Assembly (NCBI GenBank): GCA_050951805.1
Contig: JBMNJT010000008.1
Location: 384,001-448,000 of the forward strand
Direction of reading: 5' to 3'
DNA length: 64,000 nucleotides
Source of the DNA: Bacillota bacterium
GTDB lineage: Bacteria > Bacillota > DTU025
Of this stretch, positions 8,519-18,987 are shown piece after piece. Below the pieces are notes generated by a model. That model worked only from the letters and a program-made list of their open reading frames with translations. It made no database searches and was not told the DNA's origin. The position numbers were made by a program, and so were the translations under genes. Each line of letters opens with the position of its first letter. The stretch's first letter is position 1.

Positions 8519-11179
8519 ATGGGCACAACAGAGATATCGACTACTTACAACCCGAAAGAGATTGAGGAAAAGACTTACCAGTTCTGGCTCGAGCGTGGCT
8601 ATTTCCATGCAGAGCCCGACCCGGATCCTGAGAGGGAGCATTTCGTTATCTTAATGCCCCCGCCCAATATCACGGGGACGCTCCACATAGGGCATGCCCT
8701 CGACGTCACGATCCCGGACATTCTGATCAGATGGAAGCGGATGCAGGGGGCCAACGTCTGCTGGATACCGGGCACAGACCATGCTAGCATCGCCACTGAG
8801 GCCAAGGTCGTGGCGAGCCTTGCAAAGGAAGGCCTCTCCAAGACGGACATAGGCCGTGAGCGCTTTCTCGAGATCGCGTGGGAGTGGAAGGAGAAGTATG
8901 GTGGAGAGATAGTGGAGCAGCAGAAGAAGCTGGGCGCGTCGTGCGATTGGGACAGGAAACGTTTCACCATGGACCCTGTATGCTCCAAGGCTGTGCGCGA
9001 GGTATTCGTGAGGCTTTTCGAGAAGGGGCTCATCTACCGGGGCGATCGGATGATCAACTGGTGTCCGAATTGCAGAACCTCGTTATCGGATGTAGAGGTG
9101 GAGCACGAAGACGTTGAATCGGCTCTGTGGCATCTGCGCTATCCGCTGGCTGATGGATCCGGGCACGTGGTAGTTGCCACGACGCGCCCTGAAACTATGC
9201 TGGGCGATACCGCGGTCGCTGTGAACCCGAAGGACCCGAGGTACGCCAAGCTCGTCGGGAAAACCCTCATCTTGCCCATTATGGACAGGGAGATCCCGAT
9301 TGTTGCCGATGCCCACGTAGACCCGGAGTTTGGAACCGGGGCCGTGAAAGTCACTCCAGCGCATGACCCTGATGACTTTGAAATCGGCGAAAGGCACGGA
9401 CTAGCCTCGGTGAAGGTCATAGGCCCTGATGGTATCATGACTGAGGAGGCAGGGAAGTATGCCGGCATGACCCGGGAAGAGTGCAGGCGCCAAGTGGTGG
9501 AGGAATTGAAGAGCGCGGGCCTGCTGGAGAAGATCGAAAGCTACGAGCATGCGGTCGGCCATTGCCAGCGGTGCGGCACTGCGGTAGAACCCATGGTGTC
9601 GAGGCAGTGGTTTGTGAAGATGAAACCCCTGGCCGAACCGGCAATTGAGGCGGCGAAAGACGGAAGAGTGAGATTCGTTCCGGAAAGGTTCACCAAAACC
9701 TATCTTAACTGGATGGAGAACGTGCGCGATTGGTGTATATCCCGTCAGCTTTGGTGGGGCCATCGAATACCCGTCTGGTACTGCACCAGCTGCGACCACA
9801 TGTTCGCCTCCAGGGAAGACGCCACTTCATGCCCGAAATGCGGCGGACAAGTGGAGCAGGACCCTGATGTGCTCGACACCTGGTTCAGCTCGGCGCTGTG
9901 GTCTTTTTCGACCATGGGATGGCCTGAAGAAACTCCGGAGCTTAAAAGCTGGCATCCAACCTCAGTGTTGGTGACAGGGTACGACATCATCTTCTTCTGG
10001 GTTGCTAGGATGATCTTTATGAGCCTGGAGTTCATGGGCGAGGAGCCATTTTCCGATGTGCTCTTGCACGGGCTGATCAGGAATCCCGATGGTTCCAAGA
10101 TGAGCAGGTCGAAGGGGACAGGTGTCAACCCGCTCGAGATCATCGAAGAGTATGGCGCCGACACGCTCAGATTTACTCTGATCACAGGGAATACCCCTGG
10201 AAACGATATTAGGTGGCGTCCGGAGAAAGTGGAGGCTTCCCGCAATTTCTGCAACAAGATATGGAATGCGAGCAGGTTCGTGATGATGAACCTCGAGGAC
10301 TTCACCTTGCCCGAGGGCAAAGTGATGCCGGAAGATCTGGAGTTGAACCTTGCTGACAGGTGGATCATATCGCGCATGAACAGAGTGGCTGCCGACATCA
10401 CTGAGCAACTCGGAAGATACGACATGGGCGAAGCGGCGCGGACTATATACGATTTCGTATGGGGCGAGTATTGCGACTGGTATATAGAGATAGCCAAGCG
10501 CCGCCTGTACGGAGAGGACGATCCAGTCGGCAGGCGTACAGCCCAGTACGTTTTGTGGAAGGTGTTGGACGGTTCACTCAAGATGCTCCATCCCTTTATG
10601 CCATTCATCACCGAGGGCATTTGGCAGCATTTGCCCGGCTCAGGCGAGAGCATAATGATAGAGCCCTGGCCTACAGCGGATAAAGACGAGATCGACGCTG
10701 TGGCCGAAGCCGAGATGGCCGTTTTGATGGAGACGGTGAGAGCCATCAGGAACATCAGGGCTGAGTTCAACGTTGAACCAGGCAAGAAGGTGGACGCAAT
10801 ATTCCACGCAGACGGTGAGGCGTTCGACACTATCAACGTCAATGTGGACATCGTTGCCCACCTTGCGGGACTTGCCAGCGTGACTGTGGAGCATGTGTCT
10901 GCGGCTAAACCAGAGAAAGCTGCTGCAGCGGTTGTGCCAGGGATAGAAGTCTATCTTCCCCTTGCGGGGATGGTCGACATCGGCAAGGAGACCAACAGGT
11001 TGCGCCGCGAGGAGGAGAACCTCCTGCGCGAGGTGAAATCCGCCCGCGCGAAGCTCTCCAATGAAGGCTTCGTTACAAAGGCTCCTGCCGAAGTAGTTCA
11101 GAAGCAACGCGACAGACTCGGGGAGTATGAGGAGCAGTTGGTGAAGATCAGAGCTAGAATAGCTCAGCTAGAGGGATAA
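8519..11179 (+). CDS. valS: Valyl-tRNA synthetase
   Basis: PPPNITGTLHIGH, DWCISRQLWWGH, KMSRS, C-terminal coiled coil; RBS AGGAGG. Confidence 0.97.
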   Translation: MGTTEISTTYNPKEIEEKTYQFWLERGYFHAEPDPDPEREHFVILMPPPNITGTLHIGHALDVTIPDILIRWKRMQGANVCWIPGTDHASIATEAKVVASLAKEGLSKTDIGRERFLEIAWEWKEKYGGEIVEQQKKLGASCDWDRKRFTMDPVCSKAVREVFVRLFEKGLIYRGDRMINWCPNCRTSLSDVEVEHEDVESALWHLRYPLADGSGHVVVATTRPETMLGDTAVAVNPKDPRYAKLVGKTLILPIMDREIPIVADAHVDPEFGTGAVKVTPAHDPDDFEIGERHGLASVKVIGPDGIMTEEAGKYAGMTREECRRQVVEELKSAGLLEKIESYEHAVGHCQRCGTAVEPMVSRQWFVKMKPLAEPAIEAAKDGRVRFVPERFTKTYLNWMENVRDWCISRQLWWGHRIPVWYCTSCDHMFASREDATSCPKCGGQVEQDPDVLDTWFSSALWSFSTMGWPEETPELKSWHPTSVLVTGYDIIFFWVARMIFMSLEFMGEEPFSDVLLHGLIRNPDGSKMSRSKGTGVNPLEIIEEYGADTLRFTLITGNTPGNDIRWRPEKVEASRNFCNKIWNASRFVMMNLEDFTLPEGKVMPEDLELNLADRWIISRMNRVAADITEQLGRYDMGEAARTIYDFVWGEYCDWYIEIAKRRLYGEDDPVGRRTAQYVLWKVLDGSLKMLHPFMPFITEGIWQHLPGSGESIMIEPWPTADKDEIDAVAEAEMAVLMETVRAIRNIRAEFNVEPGKKVDAIFHADGEAFDTINVNVDIVAHLAGLASVTVEHVSAAKPEKAAAAVVPGIEVYLPLAGMVDIGKETNRLRREEENLLREVKSARAKLSNEGFVTKAPAEVVQKQRDRLGEYEEQLVKIRARIAQLEG

Positions 11180-11977
11180 GTGATGATGTCTGACAGGCAC
11201 ACTGACGAGGTCGGGGTCCCCATGGACGTTGCCGGGGGTGCCCCCTCCAACGTCTCTTTGGAGATTGTGAGGCGCGTGGACGAAGCTCTTAGACACATGT
11301 ATGGACCGAAGATGCTGGCGCCAAATGGCGATCCCGTCGGCGAGCTGATCCACATCATGCTTACGCAGAATACTTCGGACGCGAATTCCGACCGGACTTA
11401 CGCTGCATTGCGAAGCGCCTATTCCTCATGGGAGGCTGTGGCTGCCGCATCCCCGTCCGAGATCGCCGAAGTGATCCGCATGGGCGGGCTTGCGGACATA
11501 AAGGCCGCGCGCATAATCGAAGTCCTTTCCAGGATAGAGGCGGACTACGGCTGCATTAGCTTGGATGCCATCGATTCCATGAATGATGACGAGGCTTTCG
11601 ATTACCTTACTTCGCTTCCGGGTGTAGGGCCGAAGACCGCCGCGTGCGTACTCTTATTTGCCTTGGGGAGGCCAGTCTTTCCAGTAGACACCCACGTGCA
11701 CAGGGTTGCAAACCGAATTGGCCTTGTTGATACTAAACAGCCTGCCAAGACACAGGAAGAACTGGGCGCCGTTGTGCCGGAGGACATCGTCTACCAGCTG
11801 CACATGAACATGGTGGCCCATGGAAGGCGAACATGCCGCGCTAGGCGTCCAAAGTGCGAAGAGTGCGCCTTGCGGGATGAGTGCGCGTGGGCGATAGCTG
11901 CAAGCCGTAAAGCAGGAGATAAAGGCGTTTCGGAAGAATCAGTCGCCGAGCGTGTGGCCGAAGGCGGAAGAGCGTGA
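11180..11977 (+). CDS. nth: Endonuclease III family HhH-GPD DNA glycosylase with a [4Fe-4S] cluster
   Basis: LTQNTSD, LPGVGPKTA, PVDTHVHRV, C-x6-C-x2-C-x5-C; exact start (11180/11183/11186) uncertain. Confidence 0.85.
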   Translation: MMMSDRHTDEVGVPMDVAGGAPSNVSLEIVRRVDEALRHMYGPKMLAPNGDPVGELIHIMLTQNTSDANSDRTYAALRSAYSSWEAVAAASPSEIAEVIRMGGLADIKAARIIEVLSRIEADYGCISLDAIDSMNDDEAFDYLTSLPGVGPKTAACVLLFALGRPVFPVDTHVHRVANRIGLVDTKQPAKTQEELGAVVPEDIVYQLHMNMVAHGRRTCRARRPKCEECALRDECAWAIAASRKAGDKGVSEESVAERVAEGGRA

Positions 11978-12043
11978 AGAGGGTTTGCTCCAATGCTCAT
12001 GTATTCTTCGAGAGTTGTTTTATGAATGTGAGGCATGGAGTAG

Positions 12044-13357
12044 ATGGATTATGAAGCAGCCGTTGACTATCTGAGATCCCTTTCGAGATTTGGGATCAAG
12101 CCAGGATTGGAACGCACTGAGGCCTTGCTTCAGTCGATGGGGAACCCGGAGCGAAGCATGGCTCACGTGCACATAGCGGGAACAAACGGCAAGGGTTCTG
12201 TTTCGGTGATGGTCGAATCCGCGCTGGAAGAGGCCGGACATGTTTCCGGATTGCTCACATCGCCTCACCTGCAGCGCTACACGGAGCGGATAAAGGTTGG
12301 GGGCAGTGAGATTTCCCAGCAGCAGCTCGCTGAATTAGTTGGAGAGATGGCTCCCGTCATCGCCAAGCTGAGCGAGAATGAGAACATAGGGACTCCTACG
12401 GAATTCGAGGCGCTGACTGCAGCTTGTTTTGAGTGGTTCATGCGCTCCGGTGTGGAGATAGCCGTTGTTGAAACAGGCCTAGGCGGTACCTATGACTCGA
12501 CCAACGTGGTGACCCCTGAAGTGAGCGTGATTACCCACATAGCAATGGACCACATGGATCGACTGGGCAACACCCTTTCTGAGATCGCTTCCAACAAGGC
12601 CGGGATCATCAAGCCGGGGGTGCCTGTAGTCGTGTCGCCACAGGATCCCGAGGCTATGGCCGTTATTGTCGCCAAGGCGAACGAAGTGGGGGCCGAGGTT
12701 ACGGTTGTCGGAATGGATGTCCCTTACGAGCCTATCCATATGGATCTAGACGGCACGACTGTGGATGTGGATGCTCCTGTCCTCGGTCGTTTGCGTGTTC
12801 ACACTCCCCTTGTCGGACGTCATCAAGTGACTAACTGTGCAACGGCAGTAGCTGCTCTAGATGTTCTTGAAGGACTGAAAGGCGGGACTATCTCACCTGC
12901 CGCGGTTTGCAGCGGAATAGGGAAGGCGTGCCATCCCGGACGATTCGAAGTCGTCCGCAAGTCGCCATATGTCGTGATTCTGGATGGTGCTCATAATCTG
13001 GATGGGGCGGCCAGCCTTGCGGCGACGCTTCACGAGATTGCGTATGGGCTGAGGCCGAGGGTGATGGTGTTTGGCACGTCCCGCGACAAGCCTGTCCGCG
13101 AGATGTTGGCAGCACTTGTGCCCGAGGTGGATGTGGTTATCGCCACTGCGGCGGTTGGCGCTAGGACAGGGGCGCATGATCCTGAGTTCGTGGCTAGCGT
13201 TGCCAGAGAGATGGGGGTCGAGGCGCATGCAGTCGCTTCCGCCTGCGAGGCTGTGCAGGCCGGAGCTCGGATTGCATCTGCGATTGGGGCAAAGTCATTG
13301 CTGGTGGCAGGGTCGTTGTATCTGGTGGGCGAAGTAAGGGGGATATGGAGGGACTAG
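12044..13357 (+). CDS. folC: Folylpolyglutamate synthase/dihydrofolate synthase
   Basis: HIAGTNGKGS, TSPHL, ETGLGG, DSTNV, LDGAHN, GSLYLVG. Confidence 0.95.
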   Translation: MDYEAAVDYLRSLSRFGIKPGLERTEALLQSMGNPERSMAHVHIAGTNGKGSVSVMVESALEEAGHVSGLLTSPHLQRYTERIKVGGSEISQQQLAELVGEMAPVIAKLSENENIGTPTEFEALTAACFEWFMRSGVEIAVVETGLGGTYDSTNVVTPEVSVITHIAMDHMDRLGNTLSEIASNKAGIIKPGVPVVVSPQDPEAMAVIVAKANEVGAEVTVVGMDVPYEPIHMDLDGTTVDVDAPVLGRLRVHTPLVGRHQVTNCATAVAALDVLEGLKGGTISPAAVCSGIGKACHPGRFEVVRKSPYVVILDGAHNLDGAASLAATLHEIAYGLRPRVMVFGTSRDKPVREMLAALVPEVDVVIATAAVGARTGAHDPEFVASVAREMGVEAHAVASACEAVQAGARIASAIGAKSLLVAGSLYLVGEVRGIWRD

Positions 13358-14094
13358 ATTTGACGCAGGGGTGGGCAGAGATGGAGAAGTTCCGAAAGGC
13401 CCGCGTTACTGTGCTCGTGGGGGCCTTTGGATCGGGAAAGACCGAACTCGCGCTCAACTTCGCGAAGCGGCTGAACGCCGCGGGACGAAATGCGGTTCTC
13501 GTTGATATCGATATTTTAAAGCCGATGTTTCGTTCCAGGGACAAAAGAAATGACCTATCAGAGCTGGGAGTGCGTGTGGTATCGAGCGTCACTGATTATG
13601 AGGATTCCGATGTTCCTGCACTTTCGCCTGCTATATACGGGGTTATAGAGGACAGGTCATCAGACGTCGTGGTCGATGTGGGCGGTGACGATGATGGCGC
13701 GCGGGCGCTTGGGAGGTTTCGCGAGGCGCTCGAAGAAGCTGGGTATGAAATGTTGTATGTGGTCAATACGCGCAGGCCCTTCTCGTCAACTCCGGAGGAG
13801 ATAGTCTCCATGGTGCTGGCGGTTGAGGAGGCGTCCAGACTCCGATGCACTGCATTGGTGGCAAACACTAATCTGGGTTCGGAGAGCTTTGTTGGACTGG
13901 TGGAGGAAGGACTCGATATTACGCTGCAGGCATCACAAACCTTGGGAGTGCCAGTGCGGTTTGCGATGATCCAAAAGAGTGTTGCTGATTCGCAAAGGAA
14001 TGAGTTAGAGAAGATCGTGCAGGTCTACGGGGTGCCTGTGTTCGAAATGGATCGATCAATTCTGCCTCCTTGGGAAGGAATTGCACAGTCATGA
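13345..14094 (+). CDS. P-loop ATP-binding protein (CobQ/MinD-like clostridial family)
   Basis: GAFGSGKTE, DIDILKPMFRSRD, DVGGDDDGARALG, NTNLG; start may be 13381. Confidence 0.75.
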   Translation: MEGLDLTQGWAEMEKFRKARVTVLVGAFGSGKTELALNFAKRLNAAGRNAVLVDIDILKPMFRSRDKRNDLSELGVRVVSSVTDYEDSDVPALSPAIYGVIEDRSSDVVVDVGGDDDGARALGRFREALEEAGYEMLYVVNTRRPFSSTPEEIVSMVLAVEEASRLRCTALVANTNLGSESFVGLVEEGLDITLQASQTLGVPVRFAMIQKSVADSQRNELEKIVQVYGVPVFEMDRSILPPWEGIAQS

Positions 14095-14178
14095 GTGGTA
14101 TTACACAAGAATAGAAGTATCTACTGAGGCGGGGCCATGCCCCGTACCGGATGAATCGAGCAAAGGAAGGGATATCAC

Positions 14179-14778
14179 ATGCCGGCGAAGCGATCGTCCT
14201 CAGGCAATGCTCTGTCATGGATCCTTGCAGTGGTCTTGATAAGCGTGGCCGCGGTCGGGGTTGGCTGGCTCATCGGGCAGCAAGTGCTGGGCTGGATTAA
14301 CCCGAACCGAAGCTCAGTATCTGAAGAAGACTCAGGAGATACTGGAGGTTACAGCTATTATCCATGGAGCGGGTCGGATGGAGCAGAAAGTGCGTCCCAG
14401 CAGCCACAGCAGACGCCTGCTCCCAACATCAATCTACCCACAAGCAGTCTGCCCGAAAGCAGCGCGGTTGAGCCCCCTACATACGGGGCAGAAAGCTCAT
14501 CAGTACCCAGTTCTGTTCCGGATAGCATTGGTTCGACACAAGACATGGTTTCCAGTCCCGTTGCTGCTAAGTTTTACAAGGTACGTGTGGGTTCTTTCGG
14601 CACAAAGGAGGCTGCGGCGGCCACCGCCAGGGAGCTCGAAGCTCAAGGTTATCCGATATTCGTCACAGGTGGTGGTCCATGGTCTGTCCAAGTTGGAGCG
14701 TTTTCGCTTAGGGAGAATGCCATTGTGCTAGGCGACATCCTTGCAAATCAGGGCTACGACGTTACAATAGTTGAATAG
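14179..14778 (+). CDS. SPOR-domain membrane-anchored peptidoglycan-binding protein
   Basis: N-terminal TM helix, S/P/Q-rich linker, YKVRVGSF and VQVGAFS..NA SPOR repeats. Confidence 0.8.
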   Translation: MPAKRSSSGNALSWILAVVLISVAAVGVGWLIGQQVLGWINPNRSSVSEEDSGDTGGYSYYPWSGSDGAESASQQPQQTPAPNINLPTSSLPESSAVEPPTYGAESSSVPSSVPDSIGSTQDMVSSPVAAKFYKVRVGSFGTKEAAAATARELEAQGYPIFVTGGGPWSVQVGAFSLRENAIVLGDILANQGYDVTIVE

Positions 14779-15019
14779 CTGTGCGCATGCCATTTCCAGG
14801 GCTAATGAAACAGGCGTTGGCGCGTGGAGCGTCCGCCATGGGCGGCAACGATCGGTTATGCGCGGTAGTTTGCGGAGCGATCAGCAATAATGATACAGGC
14901 CCGGTCCGGGCGCAAAAAGTGTGGGCCGGGCCAGGCGCTTTTTGGATGAGTGTCGGGTCCATAGTCTTGAATACGCCGCTCCTTGAGTAGGAGCGTAGAG
15001 TGAAACGAGGGAGCGAGGC

Positions 15020-15403
15020 TTGAAGCTTGCAGACATCCGGGAGCTGATAGGGGCGGAGGTCCTTGTTGGGGAGGACAAGCTTTCCACTGTTGAGATCGAA
15101 ATGGCGTGCGGCTCGGACCTCATCAGTGACGTGCTGGCATTTTGTCATGACAAGACGCTTCTTTGCACGGGGCTCGTCAGCGCGCAGGTTGTTCGCACGG
15201 CGGAGATCGCTGGGTTGTCCACGATAATATTCGTTCGGGGGAAAAGGCCTGATGAGAGTGTCATAGAGATGGGCAAGGCTGCCGGAATCCCAATGCTTGC
15301 AACGGATCTTCCGATGTTTGAAACTTGTGGCTTGCTATATGGCGCTGGCGTTGGCGGCATCTGCCTTGGCGCCGATGGGAGCAGGCGAGGAGATGTCGGA
15401 TAG
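15020..15403 (+). CDS. DRTGG-domain protein (hydrogenase-associated regulatory module)
   Basis: ACGSDLISDVL, TGL, VVRTAEIAG, FVRGKRP. Confidence 0.8.
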   Translation: MKLADIRELIGAEVLVGEDKLSTVEIEMACGSDLISDVLAFCHDKTLLCTGLVSAQVVRTAEIAGLSTIIFVRGKRPDESVIEMGKAAGIPMLATDLPMFETCGLLYGAGVGGICLGADGSRRGDVG

Positions 15404-15903
15404 TGTATCGCGGTGGCAATGATGGACAAGCCATTGATCGGGCTAGTGCTGCCTTTTCTGGGGCAGCCAGTCCTCACTCGGAACCGGTGCTAGAGATGAG
15501 CTTTCGAGTCGACCGATACGATTTCGCTGCAGCCGGCGAGGCGGCCAGCAAGATCAAACAGGTTCTGAGGCAATTGGGCATGGCACCCGAGTTGGTACGC
15601 CGTGCGGCAGTGGCAGCGTACGAGGCAGAGATGAACCTAGTCATACACTCGGAGGGCGGACAGATCCTTCTCCGTGTGGACACGGAGAAGGTGACGCTTG
15701 TCGCTTGCGATGGAGGACCGGGAATGCCCGATGTTTCCTTGGCAATGCGCGAAGGCTACTCAACAGCGCCGGATGAGATAAGGGAGATGGGGTTTGGGGC
15801 CGGAATGGGGCTTCCGAACATGAAGAGGTGTTCTGATTCGTTTTCAATAGAATCTGAGGTGGGACGCGGGACGACTGTGACCGCAGCAATCAGGATAGCC
15901 TAG
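15403..15903 (+). CDS. Anti-sigma-type Ser/Thr kinase (HATPase)
   Basis: YEAEMNLVIHS, DGGPGM, GFGAGMGLPNMKRCSD; GTG start overlaps the upstream TAG. Confidence 0.82.
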   Translation: MYRGGNDGQAIDRASAAFSGAASPHSEPVLEMSFRVDRYDFAAAGEAASKIKQVLRQLGMAPELVRRAAVAAYEAEMNLVIHSEGGQILLRVDTEKVTLVACDGGPGMPDVSLAMREGYSTAPDEIREMGFGAGMGLPNMKRCSDSFSIESEVGRGTTVTAAIRIA

Positions 15904-15955
15904 AGAAGGAGAGCAGCCAAAACCGTGGCAGTTCGCGTTCCATGGGGAGGTTGAA

Positions 15956-17296
15956 ATGGGCATGGAGGGCCGGTTCCATTCTGTGAAACTCCTCGAGGAA
16001 AAATGCAAAGGCTGCACCAACTGCATTAAGCGTTGCCCGACTGAGGCAATCAGAGTTCGGGAAGGAAAAGCTGTAATCAACGCTGCCCGATGCATCGATT
16101 GCGGAGAGTGCGTGAGAACCTGCGAAAACCACGCCAAGACCATTATCGCTAACTCCATCGACGACCTCAAAAACTACGATTATACTATTGCTCTACCGGC
16201 GCCGGCTCTGTACTCGCAACTAGGCCGGGCCTCAGGCCCTGACGAGGTGGTATGGGCTCTTCAGGAGATCGGCTTTGACGCAGTGTGCGACGTATCCTTT
16301 GGCGCAGATATCGTTACCGAGTGTACGCGCAGACACCTAATATCCCATCCTAAGCCTCGGCCGGTGATTTCCGCGGCGTGTCCGGCCGTAGTCCGCTTGA
16401 TTCAGGTGAGATACCCCAACCTCATTTCCCACGTAGCCCGAGTTGAGAGCCCTATGTACGCTGCGGCCCGTGTAGCCCGAGTTGAAGCCGCCGAGAAGCT
16501 CGGCATAGCGGGCGATCGCATCGGCGTGTTTTTCATCTCTCCTTGTGCGGCCAAGGTAACAGCGGTTATTGCCCCATTGGGATCAGAGTTTTCGTGCGTG
16601 GACGGTGCGATTTCGATATCAGACATATACGGCGAACTCATGACTGAGCTAGGACGAGGACGCAGCGCCCGGCCCATGCACAGAGGGTCGAACCTTGGGT
16701 TTGCATGGGCAAACAGCAGTGGAGAACTGAAGGCGTTGGGACTTCATAACGTCTTGGCTGTGGACGGAATACACAATGTTCTGGGACTCCTTGAAGAGGT
16801 AGACAACGGCAGGCTGGCAGGGGTGGACTACATCGAAGCCTTGGCATGTCCTGCGGGGTGTGTTGGAGGTCCGGCTACAGTCGAGAACCCCTTCGTTGCG
16901 CGGGCGCGTATGATCGAGATCTCAAAAGCTGTGGAGGCTGATTCCGCTGAAGCTCTCTCCGAGGCAAGGCGGCTGGTAGATGAGCGCGGGACAGATTTCT
17001 TCGCTCTCCAGGGCGAGCTTACGGCCCTCTCAGGTCTTGAGATCGATCCGCGCCTCGAAGTAGCCATTGCCAAAATGAGTGAGCTGGAGCGAGTTTTGGC
17101 TCGGCTTCCGGGCTTAGATTGCGGTGCCTGCGGGTCGCCAACTTGCCGTGCCCATGCAGAAGATGTTGTGTGCGGGAATGCATCTGAAGTAGATTGCGTG
17201 TTCAAGCTGAGAGAGGCCATGGAAGAGGTGGCCGAGGAGCTCCTCAGATTGGCCAAGACGGATCTTCCGTCGCTGCAGAGGAGGAACGACAAGTGA
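15956..17296 (+). CDS. Group D putative sensory [FeFe]-hydrogenase
   Basis: N-terminal 2x[4Fe-4S]; divergent H-cluster motifs SAACP, SPCAAK, EALACPAGCVGG; C-terminal DCGACGSPTC FeS domain. Confidence 0.85.
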   Translation: MGMEGRFHSVKLLEEKCKGCTNCIKRCPTEAIRVREGKAVINAARCIDCGECVRTCENHAKTIIANSIDDLKNYDYTIALPAPALYSQLGRASGPDEVVWALQEIGFDAVCDVSFGADIVTECTRRHLISHPKPRPVISAACPAVVRLIQVRYPNLISHVARVESPMYAAARVARVEAAEKLGIAGDRIGVFFISPCAAKVTAVIAPLGSEFSCVDGAISISDIYGELMTELGRGRSARPMHRGSNLGFAWANSSGELKALGLHNVLAVDGIHNVLGLLEEVDNGRLAGVDYIEALACPAGCVGGPATVENPFVARARMIEISKAVEADSAEALSEARRLVDERGTDFFALQGELTALSGLEIDPRLEVAIAKMSELERVLARLPGLDCGACGSPTCRAHAEDVVCGNASEVDCVFKLREAMEEVAEELLRLAKTDLPSLQRRNDK

Positions 17297-17637
17297 CTGT
17301 TCGGGAGATAGCTGCCGTTTTGGGAATGAAATGCGTGGCGGGAGGCGTAGGGCTGGACAGGGAGGTCTCATCCGGATACGTTTCAGATTTGCTCAGCGAT
17401 GTCATGGCGAATGCAAGTGATGGCGGGATATGGGTTACTTCACAAGTTCACCAGAATGTTGTTGCTGTTGCGCTCCTGCTCGATCTCGCAGCTGTCGTGA
17501 TCGCAGGGGGGCTTGAGATGAATGAGGATGCCATTGCCAGGGCAGAGGCGGAAGGCATGCCAATCCTGTCCACCAAGATGTCGGCGTTCGAGACAGTCGG
17601 CAGACTATACGAGCTGGGCGTGAGGGGAGATTCCTAG
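17293..17637 (+). CDS. DRTGG/HPr-kinase-N-like domain protein
   Basis: GYVSDLLSDVM, WVTSQVHQNVVAVA; GTG overlaps the upstream stop. Confidence 0.8.
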   Translation: MTVREIAAVLGMKCVAGGVGLDREVSSGYVSDLLSDVMANASDGGIWVTSQVHQNVVAVALLLDLAAVVIAGGLEMNEDAIARAEAEGMPILSTKMSAFETVGRLYELGVRGDS

Positions 17638-17639
17638 GG

Positions 17640-18383
17640 ATGGTTCAGGGCTTCGCCGCCGATCTGCACATTCACACTTTCCTATCGCCATGCGCGGGCA
17701 GGGAGATGAACCCGAAGGCAATCGTGGGGCGGTGCTTGGACCTAGGGCTCGACATAATTGCCTCTGCAGATCACAACTCAGCCGCCAACGTTGAGGCTTT
17801 GGCTGCGGCGGCAGAGGGGACTGGACTTACCGTCATCTGTGGCATGGAGGTTTGCACAAAGGAAGAGGTTCATCTGTTGACATTGCTGCCAGATTTGTCT
17901 GCCATGCATGAATGGGAGCTGATAGTTGCACCCCATAGAGCTACCGGCAGGAACATCCCGGAAATATTCGGAAGGCAGTGGATTTGTTCGCCGCGCACTG
18001 GAGATATCACAGAGGAGACCGCGCTCTTGTCCGCCCCAACAACGCTATCCGTGGACGAAGTCGTGGATGGCGTTGACGCCTTGGGGGGCATTTCGGTTCC
18101 ATGCCATATCGACAGGCGTGCTTTCAGCATCGTAGCCCAGCTAGGATTTGTCCCGGACCACCTCGACATTCCCGTACTGGAGATATCCAGGACGATTACG
18201 GCAACCGAGGCCAGAGCGAGGTTTCCTGCGACGCAAGGCCGCGTCCTGCTCTCTTCCTCCGATGCCCACACTTTGGAAGAAATCGGATTGGGATGCTCGC
18301 TCTTTTGGCTGGAAGAACCGACATTTGCTGAATTAATTCTTGCTCTTCGCGGAGAGGCAGGAAGATACGTGCAAGTGGAGTAA
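17640..18383 (+). CDS. PHP-domain metal-dependent phosphoesterase
   Basis: DLHIHT, DHN, GMEV..EEVH, HIDR, SSDAH. Confidence 0.88.
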   Translation: MVQGFAADLHIHTFLSPCAGREMNPKAIVGRCLDLGLDIIASADHNSAANVEALAAAAEGTGLTVICGMEVCTKEEVHLLTLLPDLSAMHEWELIVAPHRATGRNIPEIFGRQWICSPRTGDITEETALLSAPTTLSVDEVVDGVDALGGISVPCHIDRRAFSIVAQLGFVPDHLDIPVLEISRTITATEARARFPATQGRVLLSSSDAHTLEEIGLGCSLFWLEEPTFAELILALRGEAGRYVQVE

Positions 18384-18444
18384 AGGCGATTGCTTATAGC
18401 GGATTTTCCGTGCTGGGCAGAGTATACAGAAATGGCGGTGTGGT

Positions 18445-18987
18445 ATGAGGGAGCTTTCAATGCACATACTCGATATAGCGCAAAACTCGATAGCTGCCGG
18501 CGCAGAGCTTGTTGAGATCGATGTTATCGAGGATGTGGCCAACGACAAGATGATTATCAGGGTTGCCGATGATGGCCGGGGAATGCCTGCCGACGTCGTG
18601 GCGCAGATCCGCGATCCATTCGTTACATCGAGGACTACCCGCCGAGTCGGACTGGGGATTCCGCTATTGGCTGCAGCTGCTGAAAGATGCGGTGGCGGAG
18701 TGGACATAGCGAGCGTGCCTGGCGGTGGCACGACTGTAACAGCTATTTTTGAGTATTCTCACGTCGACCGGGCGCCCTTGGGCAACATGGCAGAAACCCT
18801 TCTTGCATTGGTAGTATGCAACCCAAACCTGGATTTCGTGTATAATCATGTTCGAGGAGATAATTCATTTCATTTTGATACCCGAGAGATTCGATTGGAG
18901 TTGGGCAGCATCCCTCTGTCGGACCCGGAGGTCGTAGCGTTTATTCGTGATTTCGTAGCAGAGGGCGAAAGGAGGCTGGATGCATGA
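18445..18987 (+). CDS. Histidine-kinase-like ATPase (hydrogenase operon type)
   Basis: LHILDIAQNS-like start, DDGRGM, DPFVTSRTTRRVGLGIP, HVDRAPLG. Confidence 0.85.
   Translation: MRELSMHILDIAQNSIAAGAELVEIDVIEDVANDKMIIRVADDGRGMPADVVAQIRDPFVTSRTTRRVGLGIPLLAAAAERCGGGVDIASVPGGGTTVTAIFEYSHVDRAPLGNMAETLLALVVCNPNLDFVYNHVRGDNSFHFDTREIRLELGSIPLSDPEVVAFIRDFVAEGERRLDA

Noticed and set aside
10097-10111. ValRS KMSRS instead of KMSKS
   Set aside because: Conservative substitution; no evidence of altered function
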